Assembly (NCBI RefSeq): GCF_006345805.1
Contig: NW_021835217.1
Coordinates: 1 to 42,016 of the forward strand
Direction of reading: 5' to 3'
Origin: Octopus sinensis
Taxonomy: Eukaryota
Length of the DNA: 42,016 bases
Positions 37,172 through 42,016 of the stretch are shown piece by piece; position 1 is the first letter of the stretch; each line of letters opens with the position of its first letter. Made by a program: the position numbers and the translations under genes. Under the pieces are notes generated by a model. It made no database searches and was not told where the DNA came from. It was given only the letters and a program-made list of their open reading frames with translations.

Positions 37172-38541
37172 TAGGCTAACTGGGAAGACAGTCTTTATAT
37201 GTGGCAGATGCTCGGGAGCATTGACCTCCGAAAATCTGCAGAAAACAACTTCCGTCACTTTCCAGGGGGAAAAACTAGAAGTAGTTGATAGCTTCCGTTA
37301 TCTAGGTGACCAAGTCAGTAGTGGGGGTGGGTGCGCTGAGAGTGTAACGCTAGAATAAGAATAGCCTGGGCAAAGTTTAGGGAGCTCTTACCTCTGCTGG
37401 TGACTAAAGGCCTCTCGCTCAGAGTAAAGGGCAGACTGTATGATGCATGTGTTCGAACTGCCATGCTACATGGCAGTGAAACATGGGCCGTGACTGCTGA
37501 GGACATGCGTAAGCTCATGAGGAATGAAGCCAGTATGCTCCGATGGATGTGTAATGTCAGTGTACTTACTCGACAGAGTGTTAGTTCCCTAAGAGAAATG
37601 TTGTACCTAAGAAGCATCAGTTGTTGCGTGCAAGAGAGACGATTGCGATGGTATGGTCATGTGGCGAGAATGGATGAAGATAGGTGTGTGAGAAAGTGCC
37701 AATCCCTAGCAGTTGAGGGAACCCGTGGAAGAGGTAAGACCCAGGAAAACCTGGGACGAGGTGGTGAAGCACGACCTTCGAACATTAGGTCTCACCATGG
37801 AAATGACCAGAGACCGAGACCTATGGAAGTATGCTGTGCGTGAGAAGACCCGGCAAGACTAGTGAAGCCATAACCCGTGGCCCCTACCTGGGACGTAGTC
37901 AGTCCGCCTGTGCATACCTTCCTGCTTGTGACACTTGTGAAGACCTGTTGAGGCAAGTCAAATCAGAGTCAAATCGAATCAAGTCAAACCAAATCAAAAT
38001 AGATGAACATCAATGGAATTTGTATCCTTGTGGTACCAGTGCCCGTGGCACATAAGAAAACCATCCGAACGGGACCGTAGCCAGTACCGCATCGACTGGC
38101 CTCCGTGCTGTGGGCACGTAACAAACACCGTCCGAGCGTGGCCATCTGCCAGCCTCGTCTGGCACCTGTGTCGGTGGCACATAAAAACACCATCCGAGCG
38201 TGGCCGTCTGCCAGCCTCGTCTGGCACCTGTGTCGGTGGCACATAAAAACACCATCCGAGCGTGGCCGTCTGCCAGCCTCGTCTGGCACCTGTGTCGGTG
38301 GCACATAAAAAAACACCATCCGAGCGTGGCCGTTCGCCAGCCTCGTCTGGCACCTGTGTCGGTGGCACATAAATCACCCACTACACTCTCGGAGTGGTTG
38401 GCGTTAGGAAGGGCATCCAGCTGTAGAAACACTGCCAGATCTGACTGGCCTGGTGCAGCCTTCGGGCTCCCCAGACCCCAGTTGAACCGTCCAACCCATG
38501 CTAGCATGGAAAGCGGACGTTAAACGATGATGATGATGATG
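37172..38541 (+). mobile_element. 5'-truncated RTE LINE with a 62-bp tandem array in the 3' UTR
   Basis: [15 protein letters not shown]...FRYLGDQVSSGGG, HGSETW, RRLRWYGHVARM; array at about 38045-38375; (GAT)n tail. Confidence 0.92.
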
Positions 38542-39837
38542 ATATATATGTATATATATATGTATATATATATGTATATAATATAGATGTATATATATAT
38601 TGTAGTATATTATGTATGTATATATATATGTATGTATATATATATGTATGTATATATATTGTATGTATATATATATGTATGTATATTATATGTATGTATA
38701 TATATGTATATATATGTATGTATGTATATATATATGTATATATATATATGTATAATATTATGTATTATATATATGTTATATATATAATGTATATATAATA
38801 TATATGTATATATATATATATGTATTATATGTATATTATATATGTATATATATGTATATATATATGTACTATAGGTATATATATATATGTATATATATGT
38901 ATATATATGTATATATATATACGTATATATATGTTTATTAATGTATAATATATATTATATATATATTGTATATTATATATATAATATATGTATAATGTAG
39001 ATATATATATAGTATATGTATATATATTAGGTATATATATATATGTGATGTATATTATATATATGTATATGTTATATATATAATATGTATAGGTATATAT
39101 ATATAGATAATGTATATATATATTATGTAGATATATATATATGTATATATAGTATATTATATATGTATATATATATATATGTATATGTATATATATATAT
39201 GTATGTATATTAGTATGTATAATATTGTATGTATATATATATGTGATTGTATATGTATGTAGATATATATGTATATATATATGTATATATATATGTGTAT
39301 ATATATATGATAATATATATATATAGTATATATATGTTATTATATATAGAGGGTGATCGATGGGGGGTCTGGAGAATATATATATGGATATATATAATAA
39401 GGTTATTAATATTGTATATATATATATGTATACTATATCTATTATATGTGTATATATATATGTGTATTTATTTGTGTAGATATATTGTGTACCTATATAG
39501 GTGTATATATATATGGGTATATATATATATGGGTATATATGTGATAGATCTATAGTGGGTATATATATATTATATATTATAGTGTTATATATATATATGT
39601 GTAATGTATATATATATATTGTATATATATTATTTTGTATTATTATTATATTGTATATATATATATTATGTGTGATATATATATATGTGTATATATATAT
39701 TTATATATTATATTATATGTATATATAATATGTATATATATATATTATATGTATATATATATGTATATCTATATATTATATGTATATAAAATTATATGGA
39801 TATATATATATATTATATGTATATATATATATATAAT
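38542..39837. repeat. Long imperfect (TA)n tract
   Basis: Read directly; increasingly irregular, possibly low sequence quality. Confidence 0.92.
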
Positions 39838-42016
39838 TACAGAGGTATCAAGCTGTTTGGATCAGGGATGAAGGTTACAGAGAGGGTCATAAGCCAACTA
39901 ATTAGAGAGATAGTTAGTTTAGATGAGATGGCAGTTTGGTTTCGTGCCAGGGAAAAGTACCACTGATGCTATAATTCCTGTAGGCAGAGCTGGCAGGAGT
40001 AAATACCTAGCCAAAGATAAGGCCCTGTACCTGGCTTTGTTGACTGGAGAAAGCCTTCGACAGGGTCCCCCGATCCGTCATATGGTGGTCAATGAGGAAA
40101 CAGGAATAGAGAATGGTTAGTGAGAGCTGTGCAAGCCATGTACGGGACGCTGCTAGTAGGTGAGGGTTGGAAATGAGTACAGTGAAGAATTCCGGGTAGA
40201 GGTAGGGGTCCACCAAGGCTCAGTCCTCAGCCCCTCCTATTTATCATAGTCTCCAGGCAATAACGGAGGAATTCAAGACAGGATGCCCCTGGGAGCTCCT
40301 CTATGGCTGATGACCTTGCTCTAATTGCTGAGTCATTATCAGAACTGGAGAAGAAGTTTCAGGTGTGGAAGCATGGTTTAGAATCGAAGGCCTTAGAGTC
40401 AACCTAGCTAAAACCAAAGTCGTAATAAGTATGGGGAGTAGACCAAATCACAAACGCCTTCAGGTAGATGGCCTCTCGATCTGTAGAAAAGGTGGAGGTA
40501 GAACTCTATAAGATGCACCAAGTGTAAGCTATGGACACATAAGAGGTGCAGCAATGTCATAGAAGGCTAACTAGGAATGGTTCTTGTATGTGGCAGATGC
40601 TCGGAGCATTAACCTCTGAAATCTGCGCAGAACAACTTCTGTCACTTTCCAGGGGAAAACTAGAAGTTAGTTGATAGCTTCCGTTATCTTGTGACCATTC
40701 ATGTAGTGGGGGTGGGTGTGCTGAATGTAACGGCTAGATAAGAATAGCCTGGGCAAAGTTAGGGAGCTCTTACCTCTGTGTGATAAAGGCCTTCGCTCAG
40801 AGAAAATGCAGACTGTATGATGCATGTGTACGAACAGCCATGCTACATGGCAGTGAAACATGGGCCGTGACTGCTGAGGAACATGCGTAAGCTCGCGAGA
40901 ATGAAGCTAGTATGCTCCGTTGGATGTGTAATGTCAGTGTTCATAGTCGAGAGTGTAAGTACCTTGAGAGAAAAGTTGGACCTAAGAGGAATCAGATGTT
41001 GTGTGCAGAGAGACGATTGCGCTGGTATGGTCATGTGGTGAGAATGGATGAAGATAGGTGTGTAAAAGTGCCACACCCTGGCAGTTTGGGAGACCTGTGG
41101 AAGAGGTAGACCCAGGAAAACCTGGTCGAGGTGGTGAAGCACGACCTTCGAACTCTAGGTCTCACCAAGAAATGACCAGAGACCGAGACCTATGGAAGTA
41201 TGCTGTGCGTGAGAAGACCCAGCAAGACCAGTGAGAACAATCAAAATCAAATCATATATCAGAAAGCAGGGTAAGTGACCCATCCGTTCGTGTCCGCTGT
41301 CAGCCTCGTCTGGCACCCCTCCGTGCCGGTGATATGTAAAAGCACCATTCGCTCATGCCGTTTGCCAGCTCTGCCTGGCCCCGTGGCGGTGGCACGTAAA
41401 AGCACACCGTTTGTGTTCGTTGCCAGCCTCGCCTGCCCCGGCCGGTGACACATAAAAAAGCACCGTCCGTTCGTGGTCGTTTGCCAGCTCTGTCAGGCCC
41501 CGTGTCGGTGGCACGTAAAAGCACCATCCGTTTCGTGGTCGTTTGCCAGCTCTGTCTGGCCCCGTGTCGGTGGCACGTAAAAGCACCATCCGTCCGTGTC
41601 CGTTGCCAGCCTCGGCTGGCCCCTGTGCCGGTGACACGTAAAAGCACCGTCCTCTCGTGGTCGTTTGCCAGCTCTGTCTGGCAACCATTTCGGTGGCACG
41701 TAAAAGCACCATCCGTTCGCGTCCGTTGCCAGCCATCGGCTGGCCCCGTGCCGGTAACACGTAAAAGCACCGTCCTTCGTGGCCGGTTCCAGCCTCTTCT
41801 GCCCCGTGTCGGTGGCACGTAAAAGCACCATCCGTTCTTGTCCTTTGCCAGCATCGCCTGGCCCCGTGCCGGTGACACGTAAAATGCACCATCCCGTTCT
41901 GGCCGTTCGCCAGCTCTGCCTGGCACCTGTGCAGTGGCACGTAAAAAACACCCACTACACTCGTGGAGTGGTTGGCGTTAGGAAGGGCATCCAGCCGTAG
42001 AAACACTGCTGCAGAT
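39838..42016 (+). mobile_element. Longer RTE LINE copy: most of RT, 3' UTR array, running off the window end
   Basis: YRGIKL, QFGFVPGKSTTDAI, EKAFDRVP, GVHQGSVLSP, Y(G)ADD-like, KTKV, then a Cys/His cluster; many 1-nt indels. Confidence 0.9.
41285..41950 (+). repeat. About 11 tandem ~60-bp units in the RTE 3' UTR, alternating A/B types
   Basis: Recurrent ggtg(g/a)cacgtaaaagcacc...gccagc...ctggccccgtg(c/t)c. Confidence 0.9.

Noticed and set aside
36616-37358. Y/I/M/C/V-rich ORFs here and at 44-310, 31774-32028 and 38587-39871
   Set aside because: Translations of TA/TATG microsatellites.
41285-41950. CRISPR-like look of conserved repeats with variable intervals
   Set aside because: The intervals are homologous to each other rather than unique spacers, the array is in an RTE 3' UTR, and there are no cas genes in this animal context.

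Overview
AT-rich animal genomic DNA. The (GAT)n-tailed RTE ends, tRNA-headed SINEs and long (TA)n tracts suggest a cephalopod, probably an octopus; this is inference from the repeat landscape. One host gene is visible: ten + strand coding exons (12603-28893) that splice in frame into a CCDC91 (GGA-binding partner p56) orthologue. Its start codon and last exons were not found. Most of the remaining sequence is transposon-derived: three CR1/L2-group LINEs (one near full length), three RT-bearing RTE LINE copies plus many RTE 3' ends, two different Penelope-like elements, a mariner, a maT (DD37D), hAT- and piggyBac-type MITEs, tRNA-SINEs, a 29-bp minisatellite and TA microsatellites. Most notable: (i) a 380-bp head-to-head, tRNA-headed element with a degenerate hammerhead-like core inside a 14-bp TSD; (ii) a LINE ORF1 with Myb/SANT-like + polyQ + CCCH modules; (iii) a PHD-type finger inside the RTE reverse transcriptase; (iv) a covarying 3' stem-loop shared by three LINEs and a SINE. 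Family and domain calls are by eye, with no database search. Most short ORFs in the six-frame track are microsatellite or antisense artefacts.
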